From IMG/VR virus record IMGVR_UViG_3300027702_000001: DNA of 64,000 bases. One strand, given 5' to 3'. The position numbers and the translations under genes are program-made. How positions within the stretch are numbered: the first letter of the stretch is position 1; each line of letters opens with the position of its first letter. The notes under the pieces are model-generated. The model was not told the DNA's origin, did not search any database, and was given only the letters and a program-made list of their open reading frames with translations. The stretch comes from a virus. Below are positions 45,342 through 55,145 of this stretch, piece by piece.

Positions 45342-46430
45342 ATGACTACCCCACTAGTTTACCCAAGAACATTGCCATCCGACGTACTCGGATCGAGACG
45401 TGAGATCTCTCGCGAAGATACTTTTGCGACTAAACTCGTAGATTATCTTAAGATTCAAGTGTACGATCCTCAACAGGGTGGTAATCCTTATACTTATGTA
45501 GGCAACGACGGTAAACCCGTAGCAGAACCTTTTAGAAGTGCATCTGATGCAGGGTTAGTTGGTAATGTATTTTTATATTTACCTAATGGTTTACAAGAAA
45601 ATTATACAGCGATGTATAATGAAACCACTTTAGGTGCAGCAGGTCTTGGTGCTATGAAAGCAGCAGGCAATCCGACTCAAGACAATGCTGTTAATACTCT
45701 ACAAGAAACAGCAGGAACTATAAAACCAGAGTTTTTAATGAACTCAATCTCATCTGCTGTCGGTGCAGTTAACTCCACACTAGGTGCAGGTGGAGATATT
45801 GATGGTAATGCTTTGTCTGCTATTGCAACTAAGAAAATATTCAACCCATACCAAGAAGTTACATTCAAAGGTGTGGCATATAGAAACCATACATTTAACT
45901 TTAAGATTGCACCACGTAATGCTAAGGAAGCACGAGAAGCACTAGGTATATTCCAACTCCTTCGTTATGCTATGCATCCTACGATGTCTGGTAGTAATGC
46001 TGATGCGATCAAGAAAATGTTTCAGTTAGGTCTCACCAGTGATGATGAAGCAGTTAGAAAGCGTACAGAAGATGCATCGAATGCTCTTTCAACAGGGAAT
46101 GGTACTGATGTAGGAACTCTGAACAACGCTAGGTTCCTAAACATTCCAAACTATTTCAGACTCGGTATTGTTCGTGTCAAAGCACAAGAGACTGAGAGTG
46201 GTGATGATCTTAGGATTACAGGCAATGGTGGTATGCTCAAGACTATTCACTCATTCCCTTCCAAGGTTGTACTTGAGAATCTACAGTTGAATACATCACC
46301 TGACAACTTTATGAATACTTTGAGAGATATTACTGATAATACTTGGGACTATGGTCCAGTTGCATATACAATGACTCTCACCTTCAAGGAAACTCAATTC
46401 CTTACTTCAGATATGTTCGCAGGAGGTTAA
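45342..46430 (+). CDS. gp48: Baseplate tail-tube cap
   Basis: LYLP, FNPYQEVTFKGVAYRNHTF.F...P.N..E, LTFKE. Confidence 0.85.
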   Translation: MTTPLVYPRTLPSDVLGSRREISREDTFATKLVDYLKIQVYDPQQGGNPYTYVGNDGKPVAEPFRSASDAGLVGNVFLYLPNGLQENYTAMYNETTLGAAGLGAMKAAGNPTQDNAVNTLQETAGTIKPEFLMNSISSAVGAVNSTLGAGGDIDGNALSAIATKKIFNPYQEVTFKGVAYRNHTFNFKIAPRNAKEAREALGIFQLLRYAMHPTMSGSNADAIKKMFQLGLTSDDEAVRKRTEDASNALSTGNGTDVGTLNNARFLNIPNYFRLGIVRVKAQETESGDDLRITGNGGMLKTIHSFPSKVVLENLQLNTSPDNFMNTLRDITDNTWDYGPVAYTMTLTFKETQFLTSDMFAGG

Positions 46431-46433
46431 ACA

Positions 46434-47396
46434 ATGGCATACTTCAAATATTTACCTAATGTATATGTAAGAAACAGAACGTTCCTTAATGGTTCCCATC
46501 CATATGAACTGACTGTTAATATCTTCCGTCGTATTAAGATCCGAGATCTATACAAAGGAGAACTCTTAGGGTTCACTAAGTATGCTATCAAAGATAACGA
46601 ACGTCCTGATCAAGTTGCAAAGAAAGCATATGGTGATAGTGGATTGGACTGGATTGTGTTACTTGTGAACAACATCATCAATGTAAACAATGAATGGCCA
46701 GTAACAAGAGAGGACCTTTATAATATATGTGTAGACAGATTCGGTACTGTAGATAGTGTTCATCACTATGAAACTAAAGAGATTAAAAATAGTAATGGTG
46801 ATGTGATTCTACCCGAAGGTCTTCAAGTCAATGAGAATTTTCAGTACATCAAACCAGATGGTACACTGACTACTAAGTTTGATTCTCGTAGACCTATCAG
46901 TAATTATGAAACGATGGATGAAGAGAATGAATATAAACGTCAGATCTATTTGCTACGTGGTGCATACATTGATGACTTTGTGAATGAGTTCAGAAGACTC
47001 AGTAAGTATCTACCTAGTGATGAAGTAGATTCTGAAGGCAATAAGAAAACCCCTACCACATTGGCAGAGGAGTTCATTGGTATCACTAACTATAGAAAAC
47101 CAAGTCAGAGCACAGCGTCAACTGGTTCTGCACGTGGTGGTGGATCATCTACTGCTCTCATTGCATCTGGTGGTGGGTCAGGTACTGCAGGTGTTGCAGC
47201 AGTAATACAAGAAGTAACTACTGGGACTAGCAGTACAGGTACAACAAGTAATAGCACTACATCATACAATACAGAGACAGCAAGCAGCAGTTCGTCATCA
47301 TCTAGTTCTAGTTCTTCCTCGTCTAGTTCTTCTTCCTCTTCTAGTTCTAGTTCTTCTTCATCATCTGGATCCTCAGGTGGATATGGAGGATATTAA
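46434..47396 (+). CDS. gp53: Baseplate wedge subunit with Ser-rich tail
   Basis: YFKYLP, RPDQVA...YG....DWIVLL.NNI.N...EWP. Confidence 0.88.
   Translation: MAYFKYLPNVYVRNRTFLNGSHPYELTVNIFRRIKIRDLYKGELLGFTKYAIKDNERPDQVAKKAYGDSGLDWIVLLVNNIINVNNEWPVTREDLYNICVDRFGTVDSVHHYETKEIKNSNGDVILPEGLQVNENFQYIKPDGTLTTKFDSRRPISNYETMDEENEYKRQIYLLRGAYIDDFVNEFRRLSKYLPSDEVDSEGNKKTPTTLAEEFIGITNYRKPSQSTASTGSARGGGSSTALIASGGGSGTAGVAAVIQEVTTGTSSTGTTSNSTTSYNTETASSSSSSSSSSSSSSSSSSSSSSSSSSSSGSSGGYGGY
47280..47376 (+). repeat. Low-complexity poly-Ser coding tract
   Basis: About 30 consecutive Ser codons (TCT/AGT/TCA/TCC/TCG mix). Confidence 0.9.
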
Positions 47397-47638
47397 TGCT
47401 TTGTATTGAAGGAGCACAGTCACTAAAATTAGAGTGTGCCCTTCGTGAATTGGGGTTTGTAGATATAGGTTGGAAAACTGTAGCACACGCAGGTATATTC
47501 TTTGTGCAACCAGTAGGAGTTCCTGATGTACCAGACGGAGATCTCCTAGGATTTCTTGTGACTATTCCATACGCAGAATGGCGGCGTCCTAAACTTAAGA
47601 CGACCGCCAAACTTGCTTTAGATTATGCTCTAGGTTAG
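47396..47638 (+). CDS. Hypothetical protein
   Basis: TAATG coupling to gp53. Confidence 0.6.
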   Translation: MLCIEGAQSLKLECALRELGFVDIGWKTVAHAGIFFVQPVGVPDVPDGDLLGFLVTIPYAEWRRPKLKTTAKLALDYALG

Positions 47639-47928
47639 AAACACCAACCGTTTTTCTTGTAGAAATAACACGGTGTTCCGTGTTCGTTATGCTTATTAGG
47701 TGTGAAGAAATCACCGTGACCATAATGATAGTGGTGGTGATGACGATGTTGATGCCTTCGCTTAGGAACTGGTGTGTACCAACAGTTCCAAGTCTCAAAC
47801 AATTTATCGTAAGTGCAATGTGAGGGTTCAACCTCATAGTTACCACTTCTCAACCGTGGTGCACGGTGGTGTGCCATCGCAGGTGTTGCGACAGACAGTA
47901 GCAGTAGTGCAATGGCAAATTTCTTCAT
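47635..47928 (-). CDS. Secreted His-rich protein
   Basis: Signal peptide MKKFAIALLLLSVATPAMA; RRHQHRHHHHYHYGHG. Confidence 0.65.
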   Translation of the reverse strand: MKKFAIALLLLSVATPAMAHHRAPRLRSGNYEVEPSHCTYDKLFETWNCWYTPVPKRRHQHRHHHHYHYGHGDFFTPNKHNEHGTPCYFYKKNGWCF

Positions 47929-47937
47929 AGGGTTCCT

Positions 47938-48855
47938 TTACTCTTCTTCTGCTAGTTTAGCAAAGTATGAGAGAGTGTCATCCTCACCTGTGTCACTTGT
48001 TGAAGTGGACACTTGTTCTGTCCAAGATGGTCCTGCTGTAGCACTGATAGTAGGAGCAGGTCCACGTCCTTCAGACTCGTCTTCAAGAGACTCATCAACC
48101 TGCAGAGCAGCAGTCTTAGGACCAAGCACAGACTTCAAACGTGCCTCAAGTTCTTCATAAGACTTGAATTGATCTGGTGAAGTGAACGATGCAAGATCGT
48201 GTGCCTGACCATAAACCTCTTCAAGTTTATCATCTTCGAAACCACCCAAAGTTTGTGGTGAAGTGAACGTTGAGTCATCGTAGTTCCAATAACCTGCAAC
48301 CTGCTTGATCTTCAACTTGAAGTCAGCACCCTTCCAAAGATCGAAAGGATTGAATGCGGGTTCTGGATCGTAATCATTCTCATTGGGTTGCATCTTTGCC
48401 ATAATCTTGTCAAAGATACGCTTGCCATACTTATAAAGAAATACTTTCCCTTCGTTCTCAGGATTCAATGGATCCTTTACAACGTAGATGTTACTGTAGT
48501 ACGACAGTTTACGCTTTTGCTTACGTGCGATGTCCTTATCAGACTCGATACCAGAATTCCAAAGTGAAGAGTTCAGTGCAGAGACTGGATCCTTCTGTCC
48601 AAGAGTGGTAAGAGAGTTCTCGATGAACCAACCGCCAGGTCCTTGGAATGCGTGACTCCAAACCTGTGCCCAAGGAAGTTCTGCTCCCTCAGATTCTGGA
48701 AGGAAACGGATCACTGCGAATCCATTACCTGCTTTGTCTACCTGTGGTTTCCAGAAGCGTTCATCAACCTTCTTTCCACCGCTAGACATTTTCTCAATTT
48801 CCTTGGTCAAGTTAGCGAACTTACCTGACTTCTTTTTAAGATCTGCGAATGCCAT
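47938..48855 (-). CDS. gp32: Single-stranded DNA binding protein (start revised)
   Basis: DERFWKP..DKAGNGFAVIRFLP, HAFQGPGGWFIENSLTT, acidic tail YFAKLAEEE. Confidence 0.95.
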   Translation of the reverse strand: MAFADLKKKSGKFANLTKEIEKMSSGGKKVDERFWKPQVDKAGNGFAVIRFLPESEGAELPWAQVWSHAFQGPGGWFIENSLTTLGQKDPVSALNSSLWNSGIESDKDIARKQKRKLSYYSNIYVVKDPLNPENEGKVFLYKYGKRIFDKIMAKMQPNENDYDPEPAFNPFDLWKGADFKLKIKQVAGYWNYDDSTFTSPQTLGGFEDDKLEEVYGQAHDLASFTSPDQFKSYEELEARLKSVLGPKTAALQVDESLEDESEGRGPAPTISATAGPSWTEQVSTSTSDTGEDDTLSYFAKLAEEE

Positions 48856-48914
48856 TTGTATTAGTGTTAGTGTGTGTTGTGTGATTGTACTACCCATATA
48901 GGGTAACGTACTAT

Positions 48915-49256
48915 TTAGTCGTTGTCAAGGTGTTGCTTACGCATATCCTTGAGTTTTGTCTCCATATCATCAAGAACTTCATTGATGTGCTTGCCTCCAG
49001 AATACATCTCTGAAAGCGTATCAATTTTGAACTTGATGTCTGCTGCCTCCTTGTCCTGATGTGCCATCAGAGCAAGTCTAGCATAGAAAACCTTTTGTTT
49101 GGCGATCAGTTCTAGAGTTCCCTCTAGGTGCTCTCGCCTGCCTGCATCATCTAGTTCAGTAAACTTTACTGATAGTTTTGCTAATTCGAGATAGAGTTTC
49201 TCCATCTCTTGTACTTCACCACGTACGACTTCTGATTCGTAAAATGGATTGGTCAT
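48915..49256 (-). CDS. Conserved cyanophage protein between gp33 and gp32
   Basis: FYESEVVR...LIAKQKVFYARL. Confidence 0.75.
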   Translation of the reverse strand: MTNPFYESEVVRGEVQEMEKLYLELAKLSVKFTELDDAGRREHLEGTLELIAKQKVFYARLALMAHQDKEAADIKFKIDTLSEMYSGGKHINEVLDDMETKLKDMRKQHLDND

Positions 49257-49498
49257 ATCGGTAGGACTCCCCTTGATGTTCGTTTAACATAGTTTAATTC
49301 TTGGGCATTAAACTTTATCTTATCCTTCAGCGGTTTGCTGATGAGTTTGTTGACAGTATCCACCTCAATGTCAAGATCATCGCAGACAACAATGACTGCA
49401 TCAATATAGTTGACAAGACCGTTGCTGTTTTTGACAACATCTTCAACAGCAGCAGAAAATTTCGCTTGTGTCATAAATTTGTCTTTGTATTCCTTCAT
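49253..49498 (-). CDS. gp33: Late transcription co-activator
   Basis: NYIDAVIVVC....IE......LISKPLKDKI. Confidence 0.9.
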   Translation of the reverse strand: MKEYKDKFMTQAKFSAAVEDVVKNSNGLVNYIDAVIVVCDDLDIEVDTVNKLISKPLKDKIKFNAQELNYVKRTSRGVLPI

Positions 49499-50166
49499 TG
49501 TAGTTTATCCTGCATAAATTCGTTGATGTATTCAACAAGTAGTTGGTAATAATAATCAAGGTCTGTCTTCTGAATGATCTGCATAGATCCTTCTTCAGTG
49601 GAAATAATAGTTACAATACTATCAACCTTGACACCACACCGCTCGTAATACATCACAGCGTATGCAGTTTCTTGAACAAAGTAGTTCTCGATCCAGGATT
49701 CCTTCTTGGGTTTAGTAGAAGTTTTGAAATCAATGACTGATAACTTACCTTCATACTCAGCAATGCAGTCTACTCGACCTGCTATGCGAAGGTGATCACT
49801 GTAAAGAGGACTTTCAAGAAGATGAATGTTATTAATGTTGTTGAGAGTATCCTTAGCGGTTTTAAACATAAAACTTGCTAGTGGATTCTTTTCATCAAAC
49901 TTGACAGTTTCATTCTTCAGGTAACATTCTACCATACTATGAAACTTATTGCCACGTGAGGAAGCACGACCTGAGATCTTGTTTGCTTCCTTCTCACCAA
50001 CCCTCTTCCTCCACTTCATAATTTTGTCCTTAGTCCTGTGACTAGTGACTGTAGTGACGGATGGATACCATTTGTTTTCACCAACTTCATAGAGACGAAG
50101 ACCATTACTCTTGGTAACAGCATTCATCTCAGTCAGTGGAACTGGAGGTCCCACTAAGTTAAACAT
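49495..50166 (-). CDS. PD-(D/E)xK exonuclease
   Basis: YPSVTTV, RGNKFH, IAGRVDCIAEY.G.LSVIDFKTS. Confidence 0.85.
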   Translation of the reverse strand: MFNLVGPPVPLTEMNAVTKSNGLRLYEVGENKWYPSVTTVTSHRTKDKIMKWRKRVGEKEANKISGRASSRGNKFHSMVECYLKNETVKFDEKNPLASFMFKTAKDTLNNINNIHLLESPLYSDHLRIAGRVDCIAEYEGKLSVIDFKTSTKPKKESWIENYFVQETAYAVMYYERCGVKVDSIVTIISTEEGSMQIIQKTDLDYYYQLLVEYINEFMQDKLQ

Positions 50167-50168
50167 AA

Positions 50169-50921
50169 TTAAAATCCTAGATTGATTTTACTGATTAGAT
50201 ACTCACGTACCAAACCAGAACGCACGATGTCTTCGATACCAAATTCTACGCAGTCAAACGAACTCATTGTTTGAATGATCTTCATAAAATCTAGGACACC
50301 ATTTTTTTCATTTGTTTTGATGAGGTCAGACTGTGTGTAGTCACCTGCAAAGATGATCTTACAGTTCTCTCCCACCCTAGTAATTATACTATCAAGTTCG
50401 TGAAAGTTCAAGTTGCTGAACTCATCGACGATAACAATACAATTATCCATCGTGACACCACGGATGAATGATGTTGACCAGAATGAAATAGTTTCCTGTG
50501 CTCTAAGATTATCGTAAAGCATTTCGAATGCAGCATCATCTGGCATTTCGAACATATACTTTACCATATTCTTGTAAGGAATCTGGTATAGGTTTGACTT
50601 GTCTTCGTGGTCACCTGGAAGGAAACCAATCTCTCTTGTGGGTACAAGAGAACGAACCATATAAACCTTTTCATATGCATTAGAAGGTTCTAGAACCTCC
50701 TTGAGTGCCATATAAAGACTGATAAATGTTTTACCAGTACCTGCTGCACCGTGAAGGCATAAGTTTTTACCTTCAGCATAAGACTTGAAGACCCGCTCCT
50801 GATTAGTGGTGATGGGTTCAATCGTCTTAAGATGTTCTTGATTGATTGGTTTCTTTCTTCGCATCTGTTTCGCTGATCGTGAAAAGGATGAGACAGGTGT
50901 CTTTCTCTTGCGTTGTGGCAT
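50169..50921 (-). CDS. phoH: PhoH family ATPase
   Basis: GAAGTGKT, REIGFLPG, FIRG.T, IVDEFSN, GDY.QSD. Confidence 0.93.
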   Translation of the reverse strand: MPQRKRKTPVSSFSRSAKQMRRKKPINQEHLKTIEPITTNQERVFKSYAEGKNLCLHGAAGTGKTFISLYMALKEVLEPSNAYEKVYMVRSLVPTREIGFLPGDHEDKSNLYQIPYKNMVKYMFEMPDDAAFEMLYDNLRAQETISFWSTSFIRGVTMDNCIVIVDEFSNLNFHELDSIITRVGENCKIIFAGDYTQSDLIKTNEKNGVLDFMKIIQTMSSFDCVEFGIEDIVRSGLVREYLISKINLGF

Positions 50922-50924
50922 AAT

Positions 50925-51155
50925 TTAGGTAAAGCGACTAAGGTTCGCTGCAGGGTGATCTGCTTGGATCTTTTGCATCACGTTTTTGAATCCTTCGGAC
51001 TGTTTAGGTTTACCATAGACAGTACCGTTGTGTTGGTTCCCTAAGTATCTTTCCAACTCAGGATGTTCTTCTTTGTATTTATCCAGATCTTTGATCGACA
51101 TAAAATTGGATGTGATCTCACCTGATTCTTTGTTAATCCATTCGTAGGTTGGCAT
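50925..51155 (-). CDS. FmdB-like small protein (Cys lost)
   Basis: MPTYEW start; position upstream of phoH. Confidence 0.6.
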   Translation of the reverse strand: MPTYEWINKESGEITSNFMSIKDLDKYKEEHPELERYLGNQHNGTVYGKPKQSEGFKNVMQKIQADHPAANLSRFT

Positions 51156-51198
51156 CTATCTTAGAATAATGTGGGTGTTGAGGGTAACTTTATATAGG

Positions 51199-51435
51199 TC
51201 ATACCCAGTCGTATGTGGCATCGTCTGGGAACTCTTCTATCATATCATACGGACCATCTAATTTACGTTTGTAATCTCTTTCATCCAAGACCTCATTGAT
51301 AAGTTGTTTAAGTTCAACCTTCAATGCATCAGATAAAAGATTCATTTCGTTCACCTTCATAGGTGGGATGGCATCTCTTTGTGCTTGTATGTCGGAGGTT
51401 GTTCCACCTCCTGCTGACATTGCTTGTGTATCCAT
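51199..51435 (-). CDS. Conserved hypothetical protein
   Basis: MDTQAMS...LKVELKQLINEVL. Confidence 0.7.
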   Translation of the reverse strand: MDTQAMSAGGGTTSDIQAQRDAIPPMKVNEMNLLSDALKVELKQLINEVLDERDYKRKLDGPYDMIEEFPDDATYDWV

Positions 51436-52031
51436 TATCTAAGGTCAAGAGTTTTAGTGTGAACACCGAACAATCCTCTGATAAAAATATTAAAAGAGAG
51501 ACTCATTCGTGGTGTTAGATTTGTACCTTGTGGTACATAGTGTACTAGATGTGAGGGAAAAATACAAATCATACCTTGTTGAGGGGTAACTTTGTATAGA
51601 GAACTGTTGTACATATTCCAACCGTCAATGTCTGGTTCGATCATCTTGTACTGATTCTTATTGAAGATCAATTCGGATGATCCCTCAGGTGCTGTTAGGA
51701 ATATGACACCACTAAACATACTATTAGTATGATCGTGGGAGTCCGCTGCTTCACCATCATTCAGTTTACTGATCCAAGAATTAGTAACTTGGATGTCGTA
51801 CTTCTGACTGATACCTTGGACAGCATACACATACTGTTTGATGTGGTTGTTTGTCCATTCGACAAATCCTTTAGGCATTCTAGCAAGAATGTTAGGGTCT
51901 TGCGTTAGTGCTCCACCGCTAGGTACTTTACTGAATGAAAAACCTGACACTAGCGGAGTAACGTCAGGCATCTTACCATCATTATCAATATAAAGAGGTG
52001 ATGAAAACAATGGAACAACTTCCATCGGCAT
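51435..52031 (-). CDS. 2OG-Fe(II) oxygenase (TIGR02466-like)
   Basis: PLFSSP, SHDHTNSMFSGV, IFPSHLVH.V, RMSLSFN. Confidence 0.8.
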   Translation of the reverse strand: MPMEVVPLFSSPLYIDNDGKMPDVTPLVSGFSFSKVPSGGALTQDPNILARMPKGFVEWTNNHIKQYVYAVQGISQKYDIQVTNSWISKLNDGEAADSHDHTNSMFSGVIFLTAPEGSSELIFNKNQYKMIEPDIDGWNMYNSSLYKVTPQQGMICIFPSHLVHYVPQGTNLTPRMSLSFNIFIRGLFGVHTKTLDLR

Positions 52032-52750
52032 CAGTCAATCCTCAAGCAAGGTTGTAGATCATCCCAGTAACTCTCATCAACACAGTTACAATCCTCATCA
52101 GGACACCAGTCAAGAGCAGCAGAAATGATAGGGAACTGACAGATGAAGTGATTCTTCACGGTGTCAGCAATCTTTTTATGTTCTAGTTGCGTACCATTCT
52201 TCTCACGTAGTTCAATGTAATGGATCCAGTTACGAAGATTACCTGTCATATACAAACGAGTTGGTGTCGCAAGAGGTAGCACAAATCTTGCTGACTCTTT
52301 TGCAATACCATCTTGAACCATCTGTTTATACAGGTCCATCGACTCATCAAAATGTTTACGGACTAGAATCTCATACTTTTGTTTAGTGAAATCATCAATG
52401 TCATCGATGGAATTCTGTCTGTTCTTTGTATCCTGTCTGCGTAGTGCAAACAAAGGGATTTCATTTTCAATCTGTGATGCATCTGCATAACGTTGAGAAA
52501 ACTCTTGAAATGTAAACGACCTGTGCCTCAGAATCTGGGCAGCGATTGCTCTAGTCGTTGTGATCTCAAGAGTCATACTTGCTTGCTCAAATACAGACCA
52601 GTGTCCGTGCTTGATACAGTAACTCAGCAACCCAGAAATCTTAGGGTTGTCTTGATTTTTAGGGTTGCTCACACGAGCGATGTATCCAATAGTCTTTTCA
52701 GCATCAGGTGTGACGGAGACTAAGCATACCTTGGTAGGGTCAGTCGGCAT
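52031..52750 (-). CDS. thyX: FAD-dependent thymidylate synthase
   Basis: HWSVFE, RHRSFTFQEFSQRY, ESARFVLP, GTQLEH. Confidence 0.95.
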   Translation of the reverse strand: MPTDPTKVCLVSVTPDAEKTIGYIARVSNPKNQDNPKISGLLSYCIKHGHWSVFEQASMTLEITTTRAIAAQILRHRSFTFQEFSQRYADASQIENEIPLFALRRQDTKNRQNSIDDIDDFTKQKYEILVRKHFDESMDLYKQMVQDGIAKESARFVLPLATPTRLYMTGNLRNWIHYIELREKNGTQLEHKKIADTVKNHFICQFPIISAALDWCPDEDCNCVDESYWDDLQPCLRID

Positions 52751-52970
52751 TAGTAATAAACCTAGTTAGTACAATCATATAAAATGCGTGCAGATAATTT
52801 AGTGCCTTTAGTCCAAAGAGGTACGGCATTAAACCATTCCAACACACCATCAGAAGTAGCGGTCCAAGGAGGAAAACTCCAATGAACTTCCCAACTTGTT
52901 CGGGAGTGACTTCATATTCTTTCTTGGCATCATCAGAGTCTTCTTTGTTAAGACCCCTGATGTATGTCAT
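52740..52970 (-). CDS. Membrane protein (start revised)
   Basis: Two hydrophobic segments; ATGA coupling. Confidence 0.65.
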   Translation of the reverse strand: MTYIRGLNKEDSDDAKKEYEVTPEQVGKFIGVFLLGPLLLMVCWNGLMPYLFGLKALNYLHAFYMIVLTRFITNAD

Positions 52971-53221
52971 TTTTTCTTGCCAGGAGGTTGAGGGTTTGGA
53001 TTCCATAGTTTAGGTGAGATGCGTCCTTGGGTTTGATCAAACCTTTGAAACTTTTTTTTATACTTATCGTAGTAGTGATCAAAGATTCTACCTGTATCAC
53101 CCATCGCTATATCATACTTGGGTTTGTCGGTCTCGTCAAGATAAGTAACAAGATACGAATTGTTTGGAAGCGTCCGATCGTTACCTGCTTCTAGTGGTAC
53201 GTTCTCTTTGATTAATTTCAT
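52967..53221 (-). CDS. Conserved hypothetical protein
   Basis: LPNNSYLV.Y, IFDHYYDKY, G.ISPKLW. Confidence 0.7.
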   Translation of the reverse strand: MKLIKENVPLEAGNDRTLPNNSYLVTYLDETDKPKYDIAMGDTGRIFDHYYDKYKKKFQRFDQTQGRISPKLWNPNPQPPGKKK

Positions 53222-53670
53222 TAACCGTTCTGACTCCGACCACCCCAGTTGATAGTTGGGAACGCTTCACTCACAACATTTTTTGTGATACGAAATTTCT
53301 TGTGCAGTTTCTTATCCTTTACAAGACAGAGGATTGCTGCTTCATCTTTGTGCAACCCTTCACACATTTGAATAAACATATTCTCACGTGTCATCTTGTT
53401 GATGTTTTCTGCACCACCCTTGATGAAGTAATAGAACTTACGTCCTTCTTTCTCTAGAAGTGTATGCTCTGTTCCTTGGGGTGCATCGTTTGGTCGGTAA
53501 GGTACTTCACCTTCTGGTACGATGGACTGTACAGACTCATCAAAGTTCCAGATGAACAATGACCTGAGTGACTGTGAGTTATTTTCTTGAAGGATTTTTA
53601 CCTTCTCTGCTTTTGTTTTAGCGTTGTGTGCTTTCTGCAGAATTTCAGAAATCATAAGTTTGAATGCCAT
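53221..53670 (-). CDS. Conserved T4-like cyanophage protein
   Basis: LMISEILQK, GEVPY, RENMFIQMCEGLH..EA. Confidence 0.75.
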   Translation of the reverse strand: MAFKLMISEILQKAHNAKTKAEKVKILQENNSQSLRSLFIWNFDESVQSIVPEGEVPYRPNDAPQGTEHTLLEKEGRKFYYFIKGGAENINKMTRENMFIQMCEGLHKDEAAILCLVKDKKLHKKFRITKNVVSEAFPTINWGGRSQNG

Positions 53671-53672
53671 AG

Positions 53673-54542
53673 TTAAAAGTCTCCTATTTGTTGGAGCAAA
53701 TCATTTAGTTCGTTGTCTACAAGATACTTCCACACGTACTTACGTGCAGGAGGATTAAAACTCTCATAGGTATCTATAATCTTTTCTTCAACCTCTTTTG
53801 GGATACAAGAAAAGTCTATCAGAGTTTTGTTTCTTTCGTAGTTCTTTTTGTTTTCCTCAGGGATGTAGTCTAAGTTCTGTACCCAGACATCGATCTTCTT
53901 ACGTGCCAGAGGGCGCTGTCTGCGTCCTTCTAGGAGGCAGGAGTCGTCGGATAGGACGTTGGGGATTCCGTCGCTCCTATCGCCTTTGAGGATGTGCTCA
54001 GAGATATAGATGTGAGGGTCTACACCGTTCACATATTTCTTGAGACAAGGATTGTACTGAGTAACAAACCTAAAGCGTTGTAGTTGAATGAAATCTTTAT
54101 CACCAGATAGGATCAAAACTTTCTGAGCAGGTTGCATATTGTTTTGCAATCGTATGTTCTTAAGACCTTGATCTTTAACAAGGATTGCAATGATGTCATC
54201 TGCTTCTGCTCCATCAACCTCAACAACTTTATAAGGGAGTGACTCTCGAAACTCATCCTTAAGTTTGTTTAGTAGATCGAAGATGTTGTTCCAATTATGT
54301 TTGGATTTTTCTCGGTCCCTCTTTCTCGTACCTTTATAGTACGGATAGTATTCACGTCTCCAGTAATGTTTACTGTCATAACAAAGGACTAACTCACCAT
54401 ACTCTTTCCGAAACTCGTGCCTATAATTACGCAACGAGTTAAGGATCATATGGCGAACCAGTCCTTCTTGTAGTTCCTCAGATTGTGTCAAACTAACCAT
54501 AAGATTAGCGATCATTACCTGATTCATATCGACCAGGATCAT
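53673..54542 (-). CDS. rnh: RNase H (5'-3' exonuclease, T4 rnh)
   Basis: MILVDMNQ, YKGTR, EADDIIA, SGDKDFIQL, GDRSDGIPN. Confidence 0.93.
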   Translation of the reverse strand: MILVDMNQVMIANLMVSLTQSEELQEGLVRHMILNSLRNYRHEFRKEYGELVLCYDSKHYWRREYYPYYKGTRKRDREKSKHNWNNIFDLLNKLKDEFRESLPYKVVEVDGAEADDIIAILVKDQGLKNIRLQNNMQPAQKVLILSGDKDFIQLQRFRFVTQYNPCLKKYVNGVDPHIYISEHILKGDRSDGIPNVLSDDSCLLEGRRQRPLARKKIDVWVQNLDYIPEENKKNYERNKTLIDFSCIPKEVEEKIIDTYESFNPPARKYVWKYLVDNELNDLLQQIGDF

Positions 54543-54545
54543 AAC

Positions 54546-54788
54546 TTAGTCGTCGTCTTCAGCATCCAGTATATCATCATTCTCTGTGAATTTCAAGTAA
54601 AGCAGTTCGGTTTGATCTACGTTACCCTCTTCGTCTAGCATCTCAGGATGTGTGATTGACTTTGCATAGGCAGCGTTGTCGATGTATGCATCAATGTAGT
54701 CTTTCGCTGTCCAAGTTACCAGTCCACCAATTAGGAATGATCCTATGATTGCGAAGACATATAATGCTGTTTCCATCGGTCTCTCCAA
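54546..54788 (-). CDS. Conserved membrane protein
   Basis: N-terminal TM; HPEMLDE.GN. Confidence 0.7.
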   Translation of the reverse strand: MERPMETALYVFAIIGSFLIGGLVTWTAKDYIDAYIDNAAYAKSITHPEMLDEEGNVDQTELLYLKFTENDDILDAEDDD

Positions 54789-54837
54789 GTAGTGTGAACA
54801 AAGGGTGCAATTTAGAGACCTCCTATAACGCTATGAT

Positions 54838-54845
54838 TATTTATA
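54838..54845 (-). promoter_or_regulatory. T4-type late promoter
   Basis: TATAAATA overlapping the nrdC stop. Confidence 0.65.
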
Positions 54846-55089
54846 GAAGACCCTGGGATCTAAACTGTGTGATTGTTTCATTGCAACCACCAGTCCTCTT
54901 ACCATCAACGATTAGTTGTGGGAATGTAGCACTACGACCAAACTCTTCCCAGAATTGTGGACGTGTAAAGTTGACATCAAGTTTTTGTTCTTGGAATTTC
55001 CATCCTTTCATCTCGTAGAGTTTCTTAATCTTAACACAGAAAGGGCACCCGTCACGAGTGTAGATAATAGTAGAGTCAGGCATTGTCAT
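54841..55089 (-). CDS. nrdC: Glutaredoxin
   Basis: CPFC, TFPQ, GGC. Confidence 0.9.
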   Translation of the reverse strand: MTMPDSTIIYTRDGCPFCVKIKKLYEMKGWKFQEQKLDVNFTRPQFWEEFGRSATFPQLIVDGKRTGGCNETITQFRSQGLL

Positions 55090-55097
55090 TAGAGAAT

Positions 55098-55121
55098 AAA
55101 AAAGGGAGCACTCTGCTCCCT
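55098..55121 (-). terminator. Intrinsic terminator
   Basis: GGGAGCA-gag-TGCTCCC plus T6. Confidence 0.8.
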
Positions 55122-55145
55122 AGTATCTATTATAGTAAGTAAACC

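Noticed and set aside
49495-50166. Cas4-like nuclease implying a CRISPR system
   Set aside because: Standard exonuclease in the phoH-gp33 block; no cas genes or array
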